Of a stretch of 64,000 nt of DNA, positions 41,401-51,350 are shown one piece after another (position 1 is the stretch's first letter; each line of letters begins with the position of its first letter). Source of the stretch: Nymphaea colorata. Taxonomy: Eukaryota. The translations under genes were made by a program, and so were the position numbers. The stretch spans positions 4,402,001 through 4,466,000 of the forward strand of contig NC_045138.2 of NCBI RefSeq assembly GCF_008831285.2. Direction: 5' to 3'. The notes under the pieces are model-generated. The model made no database searches, was not told the DNA's origin, and was given only the letters and a program-made list of their open reading frames with translations.

Positions 41401-44400
41401 CACACTCAATATCCACACTTAAAATCCTAAATGGAGCCATTTTGGAGAATTCCCCTTCTGGAGCATGGCTGATCAATTCAGAATACCTATGATTAAATAT
41501 TAAGGAAGCAAAATGTTATTTGACAATAAAGCAACTTTATATAGAAAACCCTTATGCTAAAAATATAAATCACTTTCTGATGAGGATACAGGCAGTGAAC
41601 TTCAAGCTGACAGTATGTCATACATCGCACACTTCTTCTGTACCTCCCAGGAGGGACTTCAATCCAGTTACCACCAACAATGTTACAGTCAATCATAAAT
41701 CGAAGGGCAAAAAGCACATTACTTTCATAAGTGGTGAAGCTTTTTAAACCAAGTCCATCAACTTGTATGCCCCTCTCCAAGATACCTGTTGAATATGATG
41801 CAAGTTAGCCCAAAGCCAAAATGATTTATTTATTTGCTACCAGAAAAAGAAAAAGGAGAAACTGAAAATTGAAAAAGAAAACAAGAAATTCAAGAGATTA
41901 CCTAGAAAACTCAAAAGGTATCTAAAAAAGAAATCACCACTGATATAATTGATATGGTTACCATATGATGCAACTTAGTTCCCAACCAGAAGAAAATATA
42001 AAATCCTGAAATGCTTCTAGGTGCAGGGGTTACTTATCAGCTATCTACTAAAAATAGCAGGGTAAGGATTTCTTCAACTTTGTTAAAAAACTAAGTCCAT
42101 GGAGAGTACATAGCACCACTGATAACAATCAGTTCAGAATTCATAAGCAGGAAAATTCAGGATGTCACAACTCACAAGCAAGAAAAATTTTACTTTAAGT
42201 GCCAAAAGAAATTGTAATAAGCAGAGAAATTCAAGATATCACAAACAGGTAAATTTTGGCTCCAGCATGTCAGAAAGAAAATGCTTATGAAATTCCCTGT
42301 TTCACACTTCCACTAGGAAAGGAAAAATAAAAATGCTTATCAGCATTCACATGCAGGTCGACACGCCCTTCTACAAATTACAGATCGTACTTGTCTTCTA
42401 GCAAATCAGATAAGATGAACACGTGCAATGTCTCTAGAAATTAATGTTTGCAGATCATACCTTTGCATGCCAATCCAAAAGTCTGGTTGATGTAACTGTT
42501 AGGTTTCATGACTTTACTAATGTGTCTGTCCTTCATAAAATGCATCATTAATTTATTTCTAGAATTTTTTATCTTTGAATTACATAAATACAAAATTAAC
42601 AATTGTTCAATCTCTACATAAATTAAGCAGAACAAGTTGACAAGCCATTTAATACCTTAGATTACAAAACCAAGACAAAGGTCTGAAAGATGCAACATCT
42701 CAGCTTTATGTCACATAGATGACGAGATTTTAATGTTTAATCTATCTTATCGGGCATGTTCCTAGTTCCTACATGTGGATCATATCAATGTGATGCAGCC
42801 AACTGGCTCCAAAAACATAGAAAAACCATTTGTCATCGTGTAAAGGAGGTTCATCATCATTAATTTTATGTAAGTTCATAAAGTAGCATGGCCAGGAATT
42901 ATGACATGATGACATTGTCCATGCGGAGATCATAGTAATTGGGTTGTTTTGCCCCAACATAAAGAATAAATACTAACCAATTTAATATATATAAGACCAC
43001 ATATCTGATGAAGCTAGCTTGCAAATTCTCTTAAAAGGGAACTAAACACAAGAGATCACTATGATTATCATTAGAGCCGGATTCCAAACAACTGTATCAT
43101 GTTGATATGAATGTGCCCTGAAGTACAATGCAGATAGGCTTTACAGCAAGAAAAGAGTGTCCCTTTAACACTTGATGAAACACATAAAGTCCAGAATATA
43201 GATAACAATCTGCCACAAGCTATCCCTTACCAGCTCCTCTGATGCCTACATCTCAGGTGAATTCTCAATAGAGTTTTCAAACGCCAACCATTAGAAGTAC
43301 AGGAGAACTTCCTTCAGCCATCGTTTAAATTTCTGTTCAGTTCAATCCACTCACTAAAAGATCAACAGAGTCAAAAGGGGACAAGTTTCATGTGCACTCA
43401 ACAAGCAGTTCTTCACAGGCTTCTCCTTAGCTCTGAATGAAGTAACCATTGTTTTGTTTGAGCTAATAGATCTAATTACAAGGCTATTATAAAAGACTAA
43501 CTTAATCTTGTAGCAATCAAGAACAACTGGCTAAGATTACAGGGACTAAGAAAATGTCACTTAGTAAACCACAAGACACCTGCACCAAATGCATCATGTT
43601 ATCTCTCATCTCATGTTGGCTGCTTTCATCAAAACCTCAATTAGACAAGCCCCTTAAGTAACCTTTAGCACAATCAGGAACTTCACGAAGACATGAACTT
43701 GAATAAAGCACCCATGAATGCTCCAGATTCTGGCCTTCTCTACATCTTGGGACGGCACATCCTTTAGAAAGGACACACCATACCTTAACGAGCCACAATT
43801 TGTACTCAATATTTTAGGACATTTACCAGGTTATTCAGGTAGAGGGATTTTCAAATGATATACAAAATACAGATTTCAATAACTTAAGTAACACTCCTAG
43901 ATATTTATCCAAGGGAGACAAGAATATCAGCCCAACAAACTAAGGAAGTACGGACAAGACTCACTATTTCGGAAACTTACCACGGCAGCTAGCAACAATG
44001 GTTGGTAATGCAACAACAATTTTGAGGAAAGCATGAGATTTCTGCTCTTGGTAATACATTATGCTCCTCTTCTGTACAATCTCTATACGCATAATGAATC
44101 TTGGCACCTTACTGTTTCTATTAGCTTCTTTCATTCTTCCCTGTAGCAAGACAGCAGTTATATTAAACCACCCTGAATTAATCTAGAGGTAGAACTATAA
44201 TAAAATGCTATAGCAGAAAAACGGAAATTACTTCCAGGATCTGGTGAAACTTAGAGATGTCATCAGGGCCCATTCCATCGGGACAGCTTATGTAGAAATA
44301 TGGCTCAAATCCATGAACATGACAACAAACACTGTGACCTGCGTCAAGCATAAGTAGATCACTAACACATTCGATTTGTATCAAAATAGAAAGGAAAAAA

Positions 44401-45310
44401 TTAGGAGGTCGGATCCAACAAAAAATTCCTCCAGCTATACCTCAAGAGAAATGTCATAAACCACTTTGATAATAATATGGGCTAAAGCATACACCAGATT
44501 CTGGAAAATCAAGTACAAGAAACCATCTCTTCACAGAATTCAGCACATACAAATCCTTGTGTGGGTGTGTGTACACATATATACTGCCCTAGATGCTATC
44601 ACCCAGATAATGTTTATGTGCATCGTCCTAAAAACTTAATGCAGGCATCTAAAAGAGGTATGGCAGCAGGACTGCTAAGAATCTTGTGCAACAGGGCCAG
44701 GCTTTTAAATGGCTGGGTAAAATGTAAAGACTTGGCACTTAGTTTTGATGTGGTGAAAATGCATGTTGCTAATACGAGATCTCACTCTAGCAACATTTCA
44801 TTGGGTTAACTAAAGCTTTCTAACTATGTCACACAGGTACAGGATGCAGTGCAGACAAAGCAATTTTCAAACAAATTTAGGTGTGGGTACGGCAATGTGT
44901 GTGTGTGTGTGTGTATAGAGAGAGAGAGAGAGGAAAGTTGGTAAAAAGTAAAAGCCATACCACTTGGGTAAGAGACAAAAACAAACCTATTAAAAAAAAA
45001 TTTTTTTTTTTTTGCAATCCAACCTTATGGATATGATCTTAAGAGTGATTTGATGAAAAATATATATTAAGTTAGTCATTTTCTTACTTAAATAATGTTT
45101 TTTTAATAGTAAAAAAACTAACGGCTCTTATAACATCAAAATTTTGATAGTATAAAAATCAATTATGTTTGCAAAAAATGGCTTGAATTAATGCATGATT
45201 TATATTAAATTAGTGTTTATAAACACATTAGAAGGTTCACATCTTATTTAAAACACTTTTTAATAGGAATTTAAGAAGTCTGGTTTTTATCCCTTACCCA
45301 AGTGGTCTGG

Positions 45311-45352
<42 letters not shown>

Positions 45353-47180
45353 CTGTTAACTAAGATAAGACATATAACTAACTGTTTAATAGTCTTCTTT
45401 ATCTATATTTACATTTTAGTCACTATAAAGTATAAACATTTGTCCTAGGGCTAATTTAGTTAGGTTTGCATCTAAAATGGTCAGTTTTGGCCTAGTTCAG
45501 CTGACCACAGCGGACATGCTACATCAGAGCTGCACCAGCACCCGAGTCGTGTCGACGTAGGTGCAGCAGATCTTTAGAAGCACCGATGTGATATAGCTTT
45601 GTAACTGGAAAGAGACCCTATAATGAACAACCTCCGTTTCTCTAGAAGAATAAACCTCCACATTAGTTTCCTTCCCTTAATAATATATACGTTAGTAAGT
45701 ACCAGTACAGGTCCGTGTAATCCTACTTTGCCAACTAAAAAAGGAGTTTAATATATGCACATGTGTTGCATACTTGTACACATAGACAGAATAAGTGTGT
45801 GTGTGTGCACTGTGACTTATGGTTATACAAACTTGATTACAATTTTGCCTTCAAAAGATTGCAAACACGGAAATATACATGCATATGTTTCTACAGATAG
45901 ATCTGTAACACGTGGTCCAATGCCCTTCATTGATACAACTCAGGCCTTCAAAAGAGAAATCAGCATTCAGTCATATTTTGCAGTAGTTGTTTCCTATTAT
46001 GCATGCATATACATGGGCACACATTCTTCGCTTCAACGAGTGTTTGTTTTTGCACTAAAGAAGGGAAAAAACTGCTATCACATGCACTTATCTTCTAAAA
46101 TTTGCAATTATCTTACTGCTGTAACAATGCATGGAAAGAATAAATTAGTCACCCGATTCAAATCACAGAAAGTTGGCTTTGTTTAGTTACTAATAATTTT
46201 GAGAAAAATAAACAGAATACCTAACAACTGACGAAGTTTTCCATAAATAAACAAATACGCAAAATTCCAGCTCCCGATTGCAATAAACACGATTGCAAGC
46301 AGTTGCCATCTTGTTGTTCTGGAAAATCGACATTGAAATGGAGGAGGTTCAGCTTCCATGACAACTAAAAGGAGAAGTAAGTAAACAAGATAGACAATCT
46401 AAATTAGTGCACGCTATGCTTCAAAATTTGCCTGTTTTAGTAAATGATTCGAAAAATAACCTCAGTCAGATCAACAAACAAAAAAAAAGCATCAAACGAC
46501 ACAAACGCAGCTTCATGTCCCTTACTACAAACAATGACATCATTTAGAAGAGGTCAACTGAAACAAACAAATAGATACTACAGCAACAAAACCATGAACT
46601 AAAGTAACTTGAACTAAAACTCGTACCAATTGGAAGCAAATAATAAATCAAATGAAAGGAAACCCAACCTTCTCTCGTGACCCCAAAAATCCGAAGCACG
46701 GCAGCCGGGCCAACAGAATTCGGCAGAAGCTCCTTGTCATTCTCCCCAATGATGTAATCAATCTCCAGCTGCTGAAACACTGGAACGCAAAGCCCCAAGC
46801 CAAAGAAACAACAAATTAAGATCACATACACCTCAAATGGCTAATCCTTTAAATCCTCTTGCCAGAAAACGAAGCGAAAAGGTACCAAACATACCGATGC
46901 TCTTGTTGGTGGAGAGGAAGTCAGGGTCGAGAGGAGGGCGGTTCCACTTGGCAAGGCGAGCAGCAAGACCCTCGACGCCGGATTCCTGAAGCTCCTCGTC
47001 CCGGATTAGGGTTTCCTCGAGGAACACGTCCTCGTCAGCCATTTCCTCGTCCTCCGTCACCGGTGGAGGGGGCGCCCCTCCCCCCACTCCCATCCCTCCC
47101 CCTCTGGGATCGAAGGGCTTCTTCGATGTAGGGTTCTGAGGTGCCCCCGAGAACGTCGGCCGTTTCTTGTTCTTCTCCAT
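18753..47180 (-). CDS. POLD1: DNA polymerase delta catalytic subunit, 30 coding exons, 3294 nt / 1097 aa
   Basis: Exons (minus strand): 47180-46895, 46779-46669, 44338-44232, 44140-43981, 41785-41590, 41486-41351, 41042-40905, 40658-40581, 40399-40308, 33575-33509, 33420-33349, 29917-29831, 26326-26207, 26112-26014, 25547-25440, 25361-25266, 25115-25050, 24404-24348, 24205-24118, 23971-23892, 23770-23657, 22682-22568, 22489-22317, 22020-21949, 20689-20615, 20528-20439, 20348-20188, 19154-19081, 19004-18917, 18840-18753. All phases are compatible. Motifs present: ExoI DIEC, Exo[10 protein letters not shown], ExoIII YCLKDA, Pol [23 protein letters not shown], CysA CIGC..CKHC and CysB CQRC..CTSRDC. 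Confidence 0.97.
24495..24647. repeat. Tandem duplication of ~76 bp in POLD1 intron 17
   Basis: AGACAGCAGGCAACAT...GATGTCAACTATC occurs twice head-to-tail, with one substitution and one T-run length difference. Confidence 0.9.
27205..28582. mobile_element. Non-autonomous hAT-like element (GCCTAG-rich) containing a nested element
   Basis: TIRs CTTAGTTGTCA ... TGACAGCTAAG with an 8-bp TSD CTTTAAAT/GTTTAAAT (7/8). A related copy lies at ~31139-32137. Confidence 0.7.
27707..28287. mobile_element. Non-autonomous hAT-like element (CGTATC/GATACG-rich)
   Basis: TIRs CAGTGTTGT ... ACAACATTG with TSD CAGAGAGC/TAGAGAGC (7/8). Confidence 0.75.
30135..30844. mobile_element. Non-autonomous hAT-like element
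   Basis: Ends CAATGTAGT ... ATAACACTG with TSD GTTGAGAA/GTTGAGAG (7/8). Confidence 0.65.
35923..40186 (+). mobile_element. Young Ty1/copia LTR retrotransposon (4264 bp), internally deleted, antisense in POLD1 intron 9
   Basis: LTRs at 35923-36171 and 39938-40186 (249 bp, TG...CA, no differences seen). TSD AAAAC at 35918-35922 and 40187-40191. tRNA-iMet PBS TGGTATCAGAGC at 36172-36183 and PPT GAGGGGGAG at 39929-39937. Confidence 0.97.
36656..39943 (+). CDS. Copia Gag-PR-IN-(truncated RT)-RNaseH polyprotein, 1095 aa
   Basis: Uninterrupted ORF with zinc knuckle [14 protein letters not shown], protease [10 protein letters not shown], integrase WHERFGH..CDVC, HSDVWG, RSDNA and [16 protein letters not shown], and RNase[22 protein letters not shown]. 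The RT N-terminal motifs are absent. Confidence 0.93.
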   Translation: MAASSSSTVNTNPTEIGAFRTENVPMQVITLRLTKDNYFSWSPAMTMGIAGRGRMAYIDGSNPEPARTSDVWHTWFLEDNQVKTWIVNSVSADIQPLILRKKTARDMWVVLEQMYGQKKTAIRTYQVMKTVYGIRQGTSSVAEYYGALKAKWEELDYHSDIPWHCPHDQALYVAHEWENRVFLFLAGLNDEFEGVRSQILNSGEVSSIEDVYSCVEAEEQRRLVTKEGKRELVPYNERSALVSRGPGGPSRSLRRCTHCKKTGHTVDYCWDLHPEKKGNRGRSLTGRTSVSEVQASSGEKVSISADQLRELRAYLGRLEVNKTETSEGTTANHALAAIGNQGNSSVGEWIVDSGATHHMTGNPKLFHEYKLSSGRERVSLADGSSTCVAGEGTLSLLDKFHVQGALHVPQFPLNLLSVSRLTKELNCELIFSADRCVLQDLVTGKRIGIGLASDGLYRLPIRVATALLTAIRKTDKRREDCLQSFMYWHERFGHLPFGILKHLFPDLCSSFDVSSISCDVCQFAKHVRASYPLSSSCANEAFSLIHSDVWGPSGIHTRQGFQYFITFIDDFSRATFIYLLKDRSEVPRIIETFILLVHTQYGANVKTFRSDNAREYMCRPVEEFLRQRGIVHETSCSYTPPQNGVAERKNRQLLNVTRALLFQRNLPKHYWGDAVLTSAYLINRMPSRVLNGRTPHSLLPGSRPPFPLPPRVFGCVCFLHDHSPNVKKLDPRSIKGVFVGYSPTQKGYKQGNGDHTLFVKKKESKVTLLLVYVDDMIVTGDDEEEIIKLKGLLATEFDLKDLGKLRYFLGMEVARSSTGLVLNQRKYTLDLLEETGKLGCRPTPTPFDTGHKLSLRDGEPLCEEDKGRYQRLVGKLIYLTLTRPVITFVVNVLSQFMHAPTDAHLKAVDRVLCYLKKNPGKGLLYVKQETVEIEGYSDADWAGCGDTRRSTTGYCVYLGGNLVVWRSKRQDVCSRSSAEAEYRAVAMGVSELLWLKILLTDIGIEIEGPMKMYCDNKSAINLANNPVLHDRTKHVEIDRHFIRERIDAKELILPYMKSEDQTADVLTKALPSASFERNVSKLGMFDMYAQLEGEC
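41487..41589 (-). other. U12-type (minor spliceosome) GT-AG intron, POLD1 intron 5, 103 nt
   Basis: 5' splice site GTATCCTC, branch point TTCCTTAAT at 41507-41499, 12 nt from the 3' end, and no polypyrimidine tract. The phase-2 junction restores CL-YSEL. Confidence 0.9.
44824..45596. mobile_element. Non-autonomous hAT-like element, CTATGTCAC family
   Basis: TIRs CTATGTCAC ... GTGATATAG with TSD CTTTCTAA/CTTTGTAA (7/8). Family ends are also seen near 19395, 35305, 35533, 49981 and 51703. Confidence 0.75.
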
Positions 47181-47259
47181 CGTTCCTCCTCCCTTTCTTC
47201 CTTCTTCGCCTTGGTTGGTTCCCCACTCCAACTGGTACTGGTACAGGGAGAGGGAGAGA

Positions 47260-47268
47260 TTTCCCGCC
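47260..47268. promoter_or_regulatory. E2F binding site 80 bp upstream of the POLD1 start codon
   Basis: TTTCCCGCC is the canonical plant E2F element of DNA-replication genes. A TATA-like CTATAAA lies on the minus strand at 47281-47287. Confidence 0.75.
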
Positions 47269-50200
47269 AAATATCGCCGTTTTATAGCGTGGCCTTTGCG
47301 GACAAGGGCTCTTTTCGATGCGTTTCGGCGGGGTGATGACCTCATGGGTGGCAACGGGTCGGGCCACGTCTTCCCCGAATATAGACCCGAACCCACCCGA
47401 CGGACTCGATCGTGAACCCGTCCTGGATCCGACCGGTTTGTAAGCGGGCCTACCTTAGACCCTGCTCTTTCGGCCTGACTAAATGCCCCGTCTAATCCAG
47501 ACTTGACCCGTTTGACTCATACCCGAACCGGTCATTCACTAAAGCTCAAGCACAATACTTACATGAGAATCGGTGGACCCGGACTTGAATCCATAATTCA
47601 GAAGGAACCCAAGACTGATACGGGTTTTGAGTCAACAATTATATCAATCCAATCTCAAATAAGGTTGGACATTGGGCCTGGCAGCCGCCGGTACCGGTAC
47701 TTAGCCCAACTCTACGTGGGCTTGAAAAAAAGGGACCTGAGCCGGCCGATAATTTATCGGGCCAGCCTGCTCGGGCTCGGATTTTTCAAGTCGGGCTGGG
47801 CCCAGAACCTATTTTTGGATGTCAAGCCAACTTGGGCCCGATTGGTTATCGAGTCGGCCCGATGGCCAGGCTTAATCTGAAAGTTTCCAGCCGCCTGGTG
47901 CCGGTAGGGTACATGGACATCCGACAGCTACCCAACTCCATGATTGGCTTGTAGGAGAAATATTCGAATTCTAGAGAAGATGGAGAAAGCAAATGGCTCA
48001 TTGCACACTCCTAGTTGAGGCAAGGGTGTGGGTCTGACCCATTGGATCGAACTTATTTTCATTGGACTTAATCGGGTTTAGATTGAAATTTGTATCTGAT
48101 CTTTTGGATTAAAGATTACAGAATGGTGTATCATAATTGAGCAAATAAATTACCACCCAACTTTTAAAGTTGAAGAACATGCACTCAAACTTTGACACGT
48201 TTTCTCAACTCATATGGTAGCACCAAATTGCAGTTTTCCTGTATGATTTGTCATTCATGGACGACATCAAACCCCATTTCGTTGGGGTTTGACGAACTTG
48301 GTCTATCGATCTTGGGTTTCTCGTCTAGCGGATCTCAACTCGTCTACTTAGCAATTCTTGTTGTAACTTTTCATATATTTTAAACTGATCGCAATCATTA
48401 TAGCTAGTTCTCATTATAAATTTTGAAGAGGTTGTTTGGTGCTAGTAACAATTTGTTTTCGTCAAGTGAAAGTGTCCCAAAATTGAGGTAGATTCATGGA
48501 ACCTTATAACATAGTGTTTCATGAATCTATCGACCTGGCCAAGGATTTGAAGAAACGACGGGGATGCATGCCTCTGGCCAATTTTGAAACAAAATCAGTG
48601 GACAAAAACAACCTGTTATGGATGCCAAACGGCACTTAAAGGTTTCAAACGGTCTTCAACACAAGACAAAACTTTGAAAAATATGGTGTTACAAAAACAA
48701 AATGTATGAGCCAATCTGCACAGACTTTAAAGAACATTATGGTGAATTAACTTGGGTCAGATTTGCCTATTCAAAATCAAAACATGCACAAAGCATGGAA
48801 AGAAGTAGGGGTGGGCATTGGGCCGGGGCGGTCCATTTAAAAATATTTTTTTATCATAAAATAATGTTTTTAAATATAAAATATATTTATTAATAATAAA
48901 TATATATTATTAAAAAATATATAATATATATATATATTTTATACTTAAACCCGGCCCAAAAAGAAGGCAACTTGGCTTTTGTCTCTTGTTTGGCTTGTAA
49001 ATAGCTAGTGGTCGAAAGCAATCATGAGATGGAGCTATGATCTGAATTTGTTCTTATTTATGATAAATATTTAAATTATCACATTAGCACAAAGAGGACG
49101 TGACTTTTTTTTTTCAAATGGCTATTGGCTTGTTTTTTGATAACTATGTTTCTATGTTGTGAACGAGTCAGACCTCATATAGCACAAACGATTTTGTCAA
49201 AAAGAATCATAATTATGGATATCATTTGTTCAGAAACTTATTAAGATCCAAGTCATGTTTTTCATATGTATATTTAGGACTTCAGCATAATAAGTTTATA
49301 ACCTGTAGGGGTTTATTATAGCTGGTCAGGCTATTAGCTAGATGAGAGTCCGTCCCTTATTCAATTATTGTGGGCGCTAAGTTTCTATGATGCAAATTAG
49401 GATGAAGAAATACGCAAGTTCACTTGCAACATAGGTACATCCCGGAGACATCCAAGCAAGCATGGATCTTGAAGGTGGAGGAAAGGGAGGTACTTTGGCT
49501 ATCACTGGGTTTGTTACGCTGGAAATTAAAATGTGAATTAGAAAGACCAGGAAATATATTTATAGAAATATATTTTCAATTCCAGATTTCCAGGCCATCA
49601 AACCGGCCCCTTAGTGTCTTATATTTTGTTTTCTATTGTTTTTGTTTGTTAGGTTGTTTGATTGATTTCAGAACAGAGTGAAGCAGGGTTCACAGAGCTC
49701 CGGATTCTCTCTCTCTCTCTCTCTCCCTCTTCCTCTCTCTCTTGTACTTTTTCTTCAGATTTTGATGATGTGTTATGGCCTTCTTGTGACTTTCGGGATT
49801 TCAGTAAAAATGAATGAATAAAGCATAAATTTTGCTCGTTTTAGATCGGTCTATTGTCTGCCACCATTTGATTTTTGTTCGAATGAAGTGGTCCTGCAAT
49901 GTTGTTGATGATTTTTCCATATATTTGAGGATGCTTCTTAAGGGCTTCTGTTATATTGGGGTTTCAGGATGGATGGAACTCTATGTCACAAAGGTATCAG
50001 TACGATAAGGGTACGGATACGCGGACACGACAATTTTCAAAATTTTAGGATACGCGGACATGGTGAATTTTTTATTCTAAAAAATTAAAAAAGATAATAA
50101 AATAAAAAAACATTAAATTAATAATCCACTCTTACAATCTCATAAGTCATAAGAAAGAAAGTCTCAGATTCTCAAACAAAACATTGTTCATCACCAATCT

Positions 50201-51132
50201 CATAAGTCATAAAAGAAAGTCTCAAACAAAAAAAAAATGTCGGGTTAATAAAATGGTTTGGTCATACCCAATCCAAAACGTATCTTGGCGTCTCCAAGTG
50301 TCGGTATCCAGGTGTCGGAGTGTCACACCGGTACGTGGTCTCATGCAGTTTTTGTTTACGTGGAATACCATTGCACTAATAATTACGTTTGAAATTAATT
50401 TTGATTAATGTCTCTTCTGGGACTAAGGTTAGACAACCTATTCATCAAAATAAGAGGAATAATTCAAGTAAGTTTCTTAAAATGACAATTTGATAACGAA
50501 TATCCAATATTAATTGGATAAATATTGTGTTTCTTCCACCCTTGTGTGTAAGACCAGAAACTGGATGGAAAATTGACGAATTGTAGTTCTTTTAATCTAT
50601 CAACTGTAATGATCTCTTGGCCTTCTGCTACTACATTTGACGAGTGTATTAATATATTTTGCATCTGAAAACAATACATAAATTCTTTTTTGACTATTGA
50701 ATGACCTGATTTCTAGTTTCCCATGGAAAGGAATGTTCTGTAGTATTTTCTTTTGTATTTATTAATTTCATTGCCCATGTTTTTTTTTTTTTTTCTGCTC
50801 GATTGCTTGCACTCTCTTCCATATTCCATCTAGTTCCTGCTCCACCATTCTAGAAAAAAAATGCAAGACACTTTGAAATCTTTAGAGCCTTTCAATCATG
50901 ATACAGTCCATCTGGGATTCAGGATACTTCTCCATCATTTCTGGGGCACTACTTTAAGTAAAGTTTTAGCTTCCTTTGATAATGCCTGTTCTGAATCATT
51001 AGATTCTCTTACCAATTGTCTCAGTATAAAGCGGACATATATGTGCCTGGCGCCTTGGATCTGTTTGGGTTCAGCTGCAACCCATTTTTGTCAGATTGTT
51101 TGTTGAAATGGTTGAATAGTGTGGTTTTGATG

Positions 51133-51350
51133 TGTTGATGGATCTTGATGTATGGGTTCGGGTCTGGACCTGATCCAGTATGTCCTGAGTTACCCTAATC
51201 TTGTGGTTAATGAAGTTTTCTAAGAGAGAGAGAGTTTGGAGGCTAGTGGGCACCAGACCTCATCACCTGTGGTTTTTTCCCTTTAGTTGAGGGTTTTCCA
51301 CGTTACATTTCTGTTCGATCTTTGTTTCTTGTGCGTCTATTATTTCTACA
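51133..51350 (+). mobile_element. Solo LTR related to the intronic copia element
   Basis: TGTTGA...TTTCTACA, 218 bp, with perfect TSD TGATG at 51128-51132 and 51351-51355. Shares GCTAGTGGGCACCA and GTTGAGGGTTTTCCACGTTACAT with the 249-bp LTR. No internal domain follows. Confidence 0.9.

Noticed and set aside
47181..47396. 72-aa N-terminal extension of POLD1 suggested by ORF 46833-47396
   Set aside because: It starts at a non-ATG codon and spans the E2F/TATA region. The first in-frame ATG is at 47180.
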